Shown here: positions 49,572 to 61,092 of the stretch, piece by piece
How positions within the stretch are numbered: the stretch's first letter is position 1
Layout: the number at the start of each line of letters is the position of its first letter
DNA from: Mobula hypostoma
Taxonomy: Eukaryota
Assembly (NCBI RefSeq): GCF_963921235.1
Contig: NC_086097.1
Coordinates: forward strand, 239,322,001-239,386,000
Direction of reading: 5' to 3'
Length of the DNA: 64,000 nucleotides
The notes under the pieces: generated by a model
Database searches by the model: none
Told to the model about the DNA's origin: nothing
The model's input: only the letters and a program-made list of their open reading frames with translations
Made by a program: the position numbers and the translations under genes

Positions 49572-49909
49572 AGCCTTACACAGACAACATTATGTCAGAC
49601 ACTGTCTCTTAAGGTGAACAGTTTCAACTATGAACAATGTGTTATCTGTCACCCATTATATCACCCTGCAAAATTACCAGGGAGGAGGTATTTGAAGCCT
49701 TAATCCACCTCGAGGTGGATAAATCCCTAGGGTCTGACTGAGTGCATCCTCAAACTTTGAGGGAGGTTAGAGAAGAAATTGTGGAGGCCCTTGTGGAGAT
49801 ATTTGCTTAATCATTAGCCAATGATTAAGTTCCTGAAGACTGGAAGGTAGGCAATGTTGTAACATATTTTAAGAATGTTAGAATGTTAGCAAGGACAAGC
49901 CGGGGTACC

Positions 49910-50368
49910 ATAAGACATAAGAGCAGAATTAGGCCATTTAGCCTATTGAGTCTGCTCCGCCATTTAATCATGGATGATCCATTTTTTTCCCTTCTCAGCC
50001 CCAGCCCCCAGCCTTCTCCCATAATCTCTGATGCCATGTCCAATCAAGAACTGATCAAGCTGTGCCTTGAATACACCCAACATCCTGGCCTCCACAGCTG
50101 CCTGTGGTAACAAATTTCACAAGTCATCACCCTTTGGCTCAAGAAATTTCTCAGCATCTCTGTTTTAAATGGACACCCTTGTATCCTGAGGCTATGCCTC
50201 TTTTCCTTGACTCCCCCACCACAGTAAACATCCTTTCCACATCTACACTGTATAGGCCTTTTAACATTTGACAGGTTTCGATGCGATCCCCCCTCATCCT
50301 TCCAAATTCCAGTGAGTACAGACACAGAGCTATCAAACATTCCTCGTATGATAACCCTTTCATTCCCA
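49910..50368 (-). mobile_element. CR1 3' end
   Basis: ORFs 50151 and 50044; cataagacataag tail; ggtac at both junctions. Confidence 0.88.
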
Positions 50369-50554
50369 GGTACTACAGTGTGGAATTTACTAGAGGGAAC
50401 TCTGAAGGCATTCAGATTGACAGACTAATTAGAAGTCAGCATGGTTTTGTGCAAGGGAAGTCAGGCTTGATGAACTTTTTAAAGTTTTGTTAAGAGGTAG
50501 CCAAAAAGATAGACAAGGGCAGGGCAGCAAGCATGAAAAGGTTGAGCATGGTGC

Positions 50555-51168
50555 GACTAGAGTCTTAAGTTGCATATATTTCAATGCAAGAAGTATGGTA
50601 GGAAAGGTGGATGAGTGCAGGGTGTGGATCAACACCTGGAATTATGATTTCTAGCCATTAGTGACACTTGGTTGTGGAGAAGCAGGAATGGCAGCTCAAT
50701 ATTCCAAGGTTCCACTATTTTAGACGCAACAGAGCAGGAGGGATTAAAAGAGGAGGGGTGCTGTTACTACTCAGGGAAAATGTCATGGCAGTATTCCATC
50801 AGGACAGTCTGGAGAACTCATCTGGTGAGGCATTATGGGTGGAACCGAGACTAAGAAAGCCATGACTACATTAATGGGGCTATATTACAGGCCTTCCAAC
50901 AGTCCGAAGGATTTAGCGGAACAAGTTTGTAGAGAGATCGCAGACTGTGGCAAGAAACACAAAGTTGTTATAGCAGCTGATTTTAACTTTCCAGATAGTG
51001 ACTGGGAATCCCATACTGTAAATGGACTAGATGAGGTAGAGTTTGTCAAATGTGTTCAGGAAAGTTTACTTCAGCAGTATGTGGGAGACCCAATGAGGCA
51101 ACGTAATACTGGATCTGCTACTCAGGAACGGGGCTGGTGACAAATGTTTGTGTAGGGTAACACTTTGC
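50555..51168 (+). mobile_element. CR1 APE endonuclease fragment
   Basis: YFNARSMVGK, GGVLLLLRE, GLYYRPSN, ADFNFP. Confidence 0.85.
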
Positions 51169-51719
51169 ATTGACAGACTAATTAGAAGTCAACCATCAGT
51201 TTGGTGGATTCATAACTGGCTCAGAGATAGGAAGCTGAGGATGACAGTTGAAGTTTGTTTCTCGGAATGGATTTCAGTGATGAGTGGTATGCCACAGGAG
51301 TTGGTGTTGGGACCATTGTTATTTGTTCTTTATATTAATGATTTGGCTGTACATGCACAAGGCTTGACAAGCAAGTTTGTGGATGACACTAAATAAGGAG
51401 GTGTTGCTGATAGTAAACATTTATAGATTATAAGCAGACCTTGATCAGTTCGGGAAGTAGGCCCAGTGGCAAAGGATTTTACTATATTGGTGAGGTGATG
51501 CATTTTGTAAAGTCAAACCAGTCTGGAACTCATACTAACACTAGGGACTATGATGGCATAGACAGACGAGGAAGTACAAACTTGCAGTTCACTGAAAGCA
51601 GGTTGACAGAGTGGTGAAAAGGACATTCATCATCCAGGAATTGAAACTAAAGGCTTGGACATTATTTTGCAGTTGCATAAGTCTTTGATGAGATTACACT
51701 TGAAGTTCTGTATTTGTCA

Positions 51720-52341
51720 ATGTGGAGAGGAGAGTGAGTCTGTAAATCTGGTGGGAGCAAACAATGTTGGGAATGGTGAGGGTACAGAGCTGCGGGATGG
51801 ATGTGGGACAGGTGGCAGAGGGAGTGCCAGGGGTGGGGGTGGCTCCGGTGCAGACACACCCAGCCCCAAAAAGGTCATTTGATTCCAAACAATCGATATT
51901 TGGTATAATATGGTATATGGTATGAAACAACAGGTATATTTAAGGAGGAATTTAAGGTGGGTGGTTATATGGGAGGCAGGGTTCAAAGGTCGGCACAACA
52001 TTGTGGGCCGAAGGGCCTGTACTGTACTGTGCTGTACTATTCTATGTTCTATGTTCTATTAATTGGTTTATTGATCATTACAGAATGTCTCTCTAGTGCT
52101 TCCTGCCTCCTCCCCTCTCCCTTCCCCTTTTCCCAACCATGATTCCCCTCTCCCTGCCCCCTTCCCACTCTCAGTCCACAATAGAACCCCATATCTGAAT
52201 CAGGTTTATCATCACTCACATGTAATGAAATTTGTTTTTATTTTGTGGCAGCAGTACAGTGCAATACATAAAATTACTACAGTACTGTGCAAAAGCCTTT
52301 GGTACTGATATATATACCCAAGACTTTTGCACAGTTCTGTA
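51720..52341 (+). mobile_element. Composite non-autonomous repeat ending in a Tc1-like double TIR, with a nested CR1 tail (about 51905-52058)
   Basis: Ends tacagtactgtgcaaaag..cttttgcacagttctgta; contains a reversed Rex1-type tail; partial second copy at 26925-27220. Confidence 0.55.
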
Positions 52342-52799
52342 GTTTTGGGCACTGTTATAGGAAAAATGTGAAAGTCCTAGGTGGCAGATTCCGGGTCCTT
52401 ACTCAAAAATCAAATCGATGGCCATTGGAAATCTACTCTAGAGAGGCCATCACTTAGCTTAATGGGAATTTCATTGATCAATCCCTCAAGCCAAGAAAGA
52501 TTTGGGAAGGAGTACTATTATTTGTTTCCTCTGCTAGATTATGTATTGCATTGAACTGCTGCTAAGTTAATAAAATTAACGTCACATGCCAGTGATCATG
52601 ATCCAGATCTTGAAAGTCTTAGATAGAGTGGATGTGCAGATGATGGTCCCAATAGTGGGAGAATCTGAGACCAGAATGCACAGCCTCAGAATAGAAACAC
52701 TTCACTTAGAAAAGAGACGAAGAAGAATTTTTTTTTTTAAGCCAGAGAGAGGTTAACCTGTGGAATTTCTTTTCCGCAGATAGCTCTGGAGGCCAAGTC

Positions 52800-54785
52800 A
52801 ATAGACAATAGACAATAGGTGCAGGAGTAGGCCATTAGTCCCTTCGAGCCTGCACCACCATTCACTGTGATCATGGCTGATCATCCACTATCAGTATCCA
52901 GTTCCTGCCTTATCCCCATAACCTTTGATTCCGCTATCTTTAAGAGCTCTATCCATCTCTTTTTTGAAAGCATCCAGAGACTTGGCCTCCACGGCCTTCT
53001 GGGGCAGAGCATTCCATATATCCACCACTCTCTGGGTGAAAAAGTTTTTCCTCAACTCTGTTCTAAGTGGCCTACCCCTTATTCTTAAACTGTGGCCTCT
53101 GGTTCTGGACTCACTTATCAGCGGGAACATGCTTCCTGCCTCCAATACGTCCAATCCCTTAATAATCTTATATGTTTCAATAAGATCCCCTCTCAGCCTT
53201 CTAAATTCCAGAGTATACAAGCCCAGTCGCTCCAATCTTTCAACATATGACAGTCCCGCCATCCTGGGAATTAACCTTGTGAACCTACGGTGCACTCCCT
53301 CAATAGCAAGAATGTCCTTCCTCAAATTTGGAGACCAAAACTGCACACAGTACTCCAGGTGTGGTTTCATGAGGGCCCTGTACAGCTGCAGAAGGACCTC
53401 TTTGCTCTTATACTCAATTCCCCTTGTTATGAAGGCCAGCATGCCATCAGCTTTCTTCACTGCCTGCTGTACTTGCATGCTTGCTTTCAGTGACTGATGT
53501 ACAAGAACACTTAAATCTTGTCATACTTCCTCTTTTCCTAATGACTCCATTTAGACAATAATCTGCCTTCCCGTTCTTACCACCAAAGTGGATAACCTCA
53601 CATTTATCCACATTAAACTGCATCTGCCATGCATCTGCCCACTCACGCAGCCTGTCCAAGTCACCCTACATTCTCATAACATCCTCCTCACATTTCACAC
53701 TGCCACCCAGCTTTGTGTCATTGGCAGATTTGCTAATGTTACTTTTAATTCCCTCATATAAATCATTTATACTGTAAACAGCTGCGGTCCCAGCATTGAA
53801 CCCTACGGTACCCCACTGGTCACCGCCTGCCATTCCGAAAGGGGCCCGTTAATCGCTACTCTTTGTTTTCTGTCAGCCAGCCAATTTTCCATCTGTGTCA
53901 GTACTCTGCCCCCAATACCATGTGCCCTAATTTTGCCCACTAATCTCCTACGTGGGACTTTATCAAAGGCTTTTTGAAAGTCCAGAAACACTACATCCAT
54001 TGGCTCTCCCTTGTCCATTTTCATAGTTACATCCTCAAAAAATTCCAGAAGATTGGTCAAGTACGTTTTCCCCTTCGTAAATCCATGCTGACTTGGACCG
54101 ATCCTGTTACTGCTATCCAGATGTGTCATAATTTCATCTTTTATAATTGACTCCAGCATCTTTCCCACCAGCATCGTCAGGCTAACCGGTCTATCATTCC
54201 CTGTTTTCTCTCTTCCTCCCTTCTCGAATTGAGGGACAACATTAGCCACCCTCCAATCCACAGGAACTGATCCTGAATCTATAGAACATTGGAAAATGAT
54301 ACCAATGCGTCTACGATTTCTAAAGCCACCTCCTTAATACCCTGGGATGCAGACCATCAGGTCCTGGGGACTTATCAGCCTTCAGACCCAATAGTCTATC
54401 CAACACCATTTCCTGCCGAATATAAATTTCCTTCTGTTCATCCATTACCCTAGGTCTTTTGGCCACTATTATATCTGGGAGATTGTTTGTGTCTTCCCTA
54501 GTGAAGACAGATCCAAAATACCTGTTCAACTTGTCCCACTTCAGCACAACATTGTGGGCCGAAGGGCCTGTACTGTGCTGTACTATTCTATGTTCTATGT
54601 TCATCTTTGCTATGTTATACTTCTCTTTTATTTTTATATGGTCCATTACTTCCCTTGTCAGCCACGGCCTCCCCTTACTCCCCTTAGGATCTTTCTTCCT
54701 CTTTGGAATGAACTGATCCTGCACCTTCCGCATTATTCCCAGAAACACTTGCCATTGCTGTTCCACTGTCATCCCTGCTAGGGTA
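52800..54785 (-). mobile_element. CR1 LINE ORF2 inserted in another CR1 3' end (52615-52799 / 54786-54940, +)
   Basis: ORFs 54320, 53803, 53447 and 52891; (caataga)n tail; host rejoins as ccaagtca|ttgggtg. Confidence 0.92.
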
Positions 54786-54944
54786 ATCATTGGGTGTTTT
54801 TAGAGCAGAGGTTAATAGATTCTTGATTAGTAAGGGAAACAAAGGTTCAAGGAGAAGGCAGAAGAGTGGGGTTGGGAGGGATAATAAATCATCCATGATA
54901 GAATGGCAGAGCAGACTCAAAAGGCCAAATGGCCTAATTTATCC

Positions 54945-55075
54945 CCAACCAGAGAAGATCTGCAGATGCTGGAAATCCAGGCCATACACACAATGCTGGA
55001 GGAACTCAGCAGACCAGGCAGCACCTATGGAAAAGAGTACAGTCGGTGTCTTGGGCTGAGAGCCTTCATCAGGGC
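54945..55075 (-). mobile_element. Penelope pLTR fragment with decayed hammerhead
   Basis: ctgcagatgctggaaatc..ggaggaactcagc..gggctgagagccttcatcagg. Confidence 0.65.
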
Positions 55076-55634
55076 AAGTCATCTCCTTTGTCTTGTGGTC
55101 CTATGATCTAATGATTCATCAGTTTATGGGAGCAGGTTGGCAGAGGCAAGGGAGTTGGTGAGGATTATTTTTAAAAGAAATAGACAGTAGACTTCTCCTA
55201 ATTCCAGTTTCTTGTGCATCCATTTTTACTTTGCCAGTCTTTTCACATTTGTTTATCTTTTTCCCCAATTTTCACTTTGTCCAGGTTCACCTTTTATTCA
55301 TTATTGCCTTTACCATTCACTGTCAAATGGCTTCATCACTGCTTTGCTGCCCATGGTCGACAGATATATCCTCTCCTCCTGACATTTGTACCTCCATTCT
55401 GTTTTTATCTCTAAGACCTTAAAATACTTCTCTCTCTGCAAATAATGAGCAATCTGCAAATTATTTCAACTAGTTTCAATTTGCTTCACTAAGAGCTTCG
55501 TTCATTTTTTGCATGAGACAATTCACTTCCAATGACTAGCATGTAGGAATGTGCAAGATCTAAATTTCAAATACTTTTTTCCCCTTAATTTACCACAGAT
55601 GCTGCCTGACATGCTGAATATTTCCAGAATTTTC

Positions 55635-56545
55635 TACAGCATAGAACACAGAAAATATACAGCACATTACAATCCCTTCAACCCATGATGTTGTGCTGAC
55701 CATGTAACCTACTCTAGAAGCTGCCTGGAATTTCCCTACTGCATAGCCCTCTATTTTTCTAAGCTTCATGTACCTATCCAAGAGTCTCTGAAAAGATCGG
55801 ATCATATCCGCCTCCACCACCATCGCTGGCAGCCCATTCCACGCACTCACCACTTTCTGCGTAAAAAAACTTACCCCTGACATCTCCTCACTTCCACTTC
55901 CTAAGCACCTTAAAATTGTGCCCTCTCATGTTAGCTATTTCAGACCCGGGCAAAAGCCTCTGACTATCTACACGATGTAGTTCAATGCTTCTCATTATCT
56001 TTTATACACCTTTATCAGGTCACCTCTCATCCTCCGTCATTCCAAGGAGAAAAGGCCAAGTTCACTCAACCTTTTCTCATAAGGTATGCTTTCCAATCCA
56101 GGCAACATCCTTGTAAATCTCCTCTGCACTCTCTCAAAAGCATCCACATCCTTCCTGTAATGAGGTGACCAGAACTGAACACAGTACTCCAAGTGGGGTC
56201 TAACTAAAGTCTTATATAGCTGCTGCTCTTGAATTCAATCCCACAGTTGATGAAAGCCAACACACTATACACCTTCTTAACAACACTGTCAACCTGTACA
56301 GCAGTTTTGAGTGTCCTCTGGACATAGACCCCAAGATTTCGCTTATCCTCCACTCTGCCAAGAGTCCTACTATTAATATCATATTCTGTCTTCAAATTTG
56401 ACCCTGAAATGAAGCATTTCACAGTTAATTTGGTTGACGTCCATCTGCCACTTCTCCACCCAGTTTTGCATCCTATCGATGTCTCGCTGTAACCTTTGAC
56501 AACCCTTCAGACTATCCACAACACCCTCAAATTTTGTATCATCTG
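55635..56545 (-). mobile_element. CR1 3' portion
   Basis: ORFs 56204 and 55590; similar to 6903-7780 and 32514-33410. Confidence 0.88.
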
Positions 56546-57642
56546 CTTTCATTTCTGAATTCCTTCAAGGATAACTGCTATGCTCACTAAATCACATCAG
56601 ACTAATAGCCAGAATATAGCAAGTCTGTGGTATATTGATTGGATCTCCTACACGTGGGAAGAGGACACACTTTTTTTTTGTTTTGTTTTTTTTTAGTGCA
56701 CGTTTTCGTCCCAACAACCCCAGTATTTAATTCCCTCACTGTAAGATGCCCAGTGTGTACCGTGGTTAACATAACTAAAAACACTTAATTCCATTGGCAC
56801 TCATGTTCAAGCATAAGTAACACCCACTTTCAAAACTGAGCCACAGTAGATATTCTAACAGTTTCCATTCACAAGACCATAGGATATAGAAGGCTTTTTG
56901 GTCCATCAATTCTGCTCCACCATTTCATCATGGCTAATCATTTCCCTTGCAGCCCTAATCTTCTGCCTTCTCCCCATATCCCTTCATGCCCTGACTAATC
57001 AAGAATCTTTCATTCTCTGCCTTATGACTTGGTCTCCACAGCCACCTGTGGCAATGAATTCCACAGATTCACCACTCCCTGCCTGAAGAAATTCCTCCTC
57101 CTCCTCCATCCTCTTCAAATCCACTCAATTGAGGCCCTTCAACATTCAATAGGTTTCAATGAGATTCCCCCCTCATTCCTCTGAAAGAGCTTGGCATCTA
57201 TCATAGCAGCTGCACAAGTTGACATGAGAAGCTTGATTTACATTCAACATGTTTTGCAAAATGCAACAGGCTTGGTGACTCCTCTCTCAGACTGATCTGG
57301 AAATATGCTGAGTCAATTACCTGCAAAAATTATGCTAAGCATCTTTCCAAACTTCCTGCAATATGCTCATTGCATTTAACAAATTGGCTTACCTTAAGGG
57401 AATTGCTTTCATCACTTTTTTTCAATATAGTTCTTCATATTAATGGACTGTCGATTACTTTTTCGGCCTTCTGCTCATTTCTTGGATGCTTGCAAGGTTC
57501 AGCATTTTCATTCTGCGTAACCTCCCTTACTGCCATCACAACATCTAGTGCTTGAACTGGAGCCCAACTTTCTTCACTTTGTTTTGCTGGACACCAAACA
57601 ACTGCTATGCCACTCTCCTCACTAACATTGATTAACAAAACC

Positions 57643-60027
57643 TGTCTGTCTGTCTGTATCTTGTTTTACGGCGGTTGGCATCCAGCTTAATGGTGCATTA
57701 CCGCCACCCTCTGCTCCAGAATGTGCACTAGACATACATTCTAAATCCCTTCACCCAATCTCACACACACACATATATATATATATATATACATACAAAC
57801 CTACACTTCGCTCTCCCATCTTTGACCATCCTAGTATCCTATTCCTGTTTATTCGTCATATTCTATTAAAAAACCCCTGTACCCCTTAAAAACGCTAAAA
57901 AATACCCGGACGTGCTCTCTCACCCATGCCCAGCAACCCTTTTAATGTGAATTCCTGCATCCCCAACTCCCTTAATTTATTTCTCATCATCTCTCTCTGT
58001 ATCCCATACTTCCTGCAACTCAGAACTACATGTTCTACTGACTCCTCTTCCTGACATTCCTCACACAATCCTGTCTGGTGTTTCCCTATCATTTTCAATG
58101 TTTTGTTTAATGCACAATGCCCCAGCCTTAACCTAGTCCACACAATTTCCTCTCTTCTGTTTCCATTACCTACCCTAGTAACTGCAACACTCTTTTGTAT
58201 TTGATATAAATGCCTCCCTTTCCCCTCCCTGTCCCATCTTTCTTGCCACATTCGGTTGACTTTTTCCCAGATTACACACTTAACCTCTGCTTTACTGATA
58301 CTAATGTGCATTTCCACATTTTCTTTCTTTAACACCCTCTTTGCCAACTCATCCACCCTCTCATTCCCCTTCACCCCTACATGTGCTGGAACCCATAGAA
58401 ATTTTACCTGACCTCCATGATTTGCAATTCTTGTAACTAACTGAAGGACTTCATAAAGTACATCTTGCTGACTGTTTGTGTGAAAAGGCCTTAAACTTGC
58501 TAGAACTGAGGATGAATCTGAATATATCAATGCTTTGGCTTGTCTGGCTTTCTGCACCCATTGCAACGCAACCAACACTGCCAGCATCTCCACTGTAAAC
58601 ACCCCTAACTTATTAGATGTTCTTCTGCTGATTCCAATTTCTTTTGCTGGTATTACCACCCCAAACCCTGTCACTCCTGTTTCAGGTTCCTTCGCACCAT
58701 CCGTATAAATGTGAGTATAATCACTATACTTTTCCATCACATGACAGTTAAATGCATTTACCAAATCTGTTTTATATCTTTCTTTCCTTTTTACCTCTAA
58801 CAAATGCCAGTCTATGTCAGGCCATACAAGATTCCATGGAGCTACAACCGGATAAACTACTGAAGGACTTATCCTCAGATCAAACACTCCACATTCTTTC
58901 ACGATATCTTTCCCTACCCGACTAAAGGTATCCCTCTGAAACCTCCCATTTTCCCTGCACTCCTGCAACACTCCTTAAGTAGGGTGAGAATCATTGTGCC
59001 CCTGCAAGTTAGCCCAGTAGTTTGCCATCAGTTGCATCCTTCTTAGTTCCAAAGGCATTATTCCCATTTCTACCTGTAGGGCTGAGACTGGTGACGTTTT
59101 AAAAGCCCCACTGCACACTCTCAAGGCCTGAGCCTGAATCACATACAGTTTCCTTATAAGAGACCTAGCTGCTGATCCATATACTATATTTCCATAATCC
59201 AATACAGATCTTACTAAAGCCACATACATTCTCTTCAAAGCTGAACAACTTGCTCCCCATTCCCTACCAGTCAAACATCTCATCACATTTATTACTTTTT
59301 TACATTTCTCCTCAACTTTCTTGATATGGTCTGCCCATGTTAATCATGAATCAAATATAACTCCCAGAAATTTAAATGATGCAACCCTTTCTAATTCAAC
59401 CCCATACATCCTTAACTTCTTCCCTACCTCAACCCTTCTCCTGGTAAAAAATAAAGTTTGAGTTTTATCTACTGAAAATCTACATCCCCAATCATAACCC
59501 CACTCCACCACTTCATCAATTGCTTGTTGTAGTTTCCTGATTATATGGTCCATGTTCCTGCCTCTTTTCCACAAGGCCCCATCATCCGCAAACAGTGACC
59601 TACCTATATCCACTGGTACCTTTGTGAAGACATCATTGATCATAATGATGAAAAGTAACGGGCTAATCACACTACTTTGAGGCGTGCCATTTTCCACTAT
59701 GTACTGTTTTGATAATCCTGATCCAATCCAAACTTGAATTTTTCTACCAAACAAAAAATCTCTAATCCAATTAAAAACTCTCCTACCAATCCCCATCTTG
59801 TGCAGTTTAATTAATAATCCTTCCTTCCACATGATATGATAGGCTTTTTCAATGTCAAAGAACACTGCCACTACTGACTCTTTACTTGGCTGGGCCTTCC
59901 TTATTTCAGTCTCTAACATAATCACTGAGTCCATGGAATTCCTTCCCTTTCTAAAACCACTCTGATAACTTGCCAGCATTCCCCTTTTCTCAAGCTCATA
60001 TGATAACCTTTCTGTTATCATCCTTTC
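57643..60027 (-). mobile_element. 5'-truncated Nimb/I-group non-LTR retrotransposon (RT, RNase H, C-terminal zinc knuckle)
   Basis: (acag)n tail; terminal hairpin ggcggt..accgcc; 17-bp TSD cattgattaacaaaacc (57626-42 / 60028-44). Confidence 0.9.
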
Positions 60028-60030
60028 CAT
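57895..60030 (-). pseudogene. Nimb-like ORF2: RT plus RNase H, one reading frame with two nonsense stops
   Basis: YQSGFRKGR, FFDIEKAY, GTPQSSVISP, LFADD; YTDGAK, VEMLAV, YSDS, WVPAHVGVKGNERVDELAK (RNase H); CEECQEEESVEHVVLSC. ORFs 59344, 58975 and 57895 are in the same frame. Confidence 0.92.
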
Positions 60031-60045
60031 TGATTAACAAAACCC

Positions 60046-60143
60046 TGTCTGTCTGTATCTTGTTTTACGGCGGTTGGCATCCAGCTTAATGGTGCATTAC
60101 CGCCACCCTCTGCTCCAGAATGTGCACTAGACATACATTCTAA

Positions 60144-60197
<54 letters not shown>

Positions 60198-60390
60198 CCC
60201 TACACTTCACCCTCCCATCTTTGACCATCCTAGTATCCTATTCCTGTTTATTCATCATATTGTATAAAAAAAACCCCTGTACCCCTTAAAAACACTAAAA
60301 ATACCCGGACTTGTGCTCTCTCACCCATGCCCAGCAACCCTTTTAATGTGAATTCCTGCATCCCCAACTCCCTTAATTTATTTCTCATCA
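60046..60390 (-). mobile_element. Second, short 5'-truncated Nimb-like copy in tandem
   Basis: Repeat of about 57643-57988; 13-bp TSD attaacaaaaccc (60033-45 / 60391-403). Confidence 0.9.
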
Positions 60391-60814
60391 ATTAACAAAA
60401 CCCATGCTCCCTTCAGCTATTTAATGAATTCTAATTGCACTTCACAGCTGATTAATCAGCATCATTGTTGTTTTTCCCATTGAGTTGCTCAGCAACTGCA
60501 CAGGTGTTTAAACACATGTTTTTACATGCTTTACTGATGTCAGTAATATCATGGATTGATTTCTACATTTGGCCAGTTTATTTCCGGAACGATGCCCATG
60601 ATCCCCCCTCACAAACTGAGCACTCGCGATTAGGAGTGGAAGGTATATTAGAGCAGCTATTCATACATTGTTTGCTCAACATAGGACACAAAACAGTGTG
60701 GCCCACAATATTAATCCAATGTTTTAACCTACTCTCCGATTAATCTAATGCTTCCTTTCCTACAGCACTACATTTTTCTTCCATCCGTATGCCGATTGAA
60801 GAGTCTCTTGAGTT

Positions 60815-61092
60815 TACTCATTTAGTGAGAAACAGTGTAGACTAGGCCCACCCACCCTTCGAGCCGAGCCTTCCAACAATCCCCCAGATTAATCCCAGCC
60901 TAAACACAGGACAATTATCAATACCCAGTTAATCTACAAACCAGTACACCTTTGGACTGTGGGAGGAAACCAGAGCACCCGAAGGAAACCCACGCGATCA
61001 TGGGGAAAACGTACAAACTCCGTACAGGCAGTGGCGGACATTGAAACTGGATCACCTGTATTGCAAAGCCTTATGGTAACCACTACACTACC
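60815..61092 (-). mobile_element. V-SINE/HE1-like SINE inserted in a CR1 3' end (about 60665-61520, -)
   Basis: tttggactgtgggaggaaaccagagcacccgaaggaaacccacgcg is the V-domain-like segment reversed. Confidence 0.7.

Larger units (their letters stand above)
44860..52380 (+). mobile_element. Old, heavily fragmented CR1 LINE hosting multiple later insertions
   Basis: Collinear decayed ORF1 end, APE, linker, RT (QELVLGPLLFVLYIND..KFVDDTK at 51148) and C-terminal pieces between the inserts. Confidence 0.6.

Noticed and set aside
57200..57640. Possible minus-strand exons disrupted by the Nimb insertion (aag|gtaagc donor, tttttgcag acceptor)
   Set aside because: There is an in-frame stop before the donor and the peptide is not recognisable, so I cannot support a gene.
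57626..60403. Repeat-spacer-repeat layout resembling a CRISPR array
   Set aside because: The repeats are target-site duplications, the intervening sequences are homologous retrotransposon copies, the DNA is eukaryotic and no cas genes are present.
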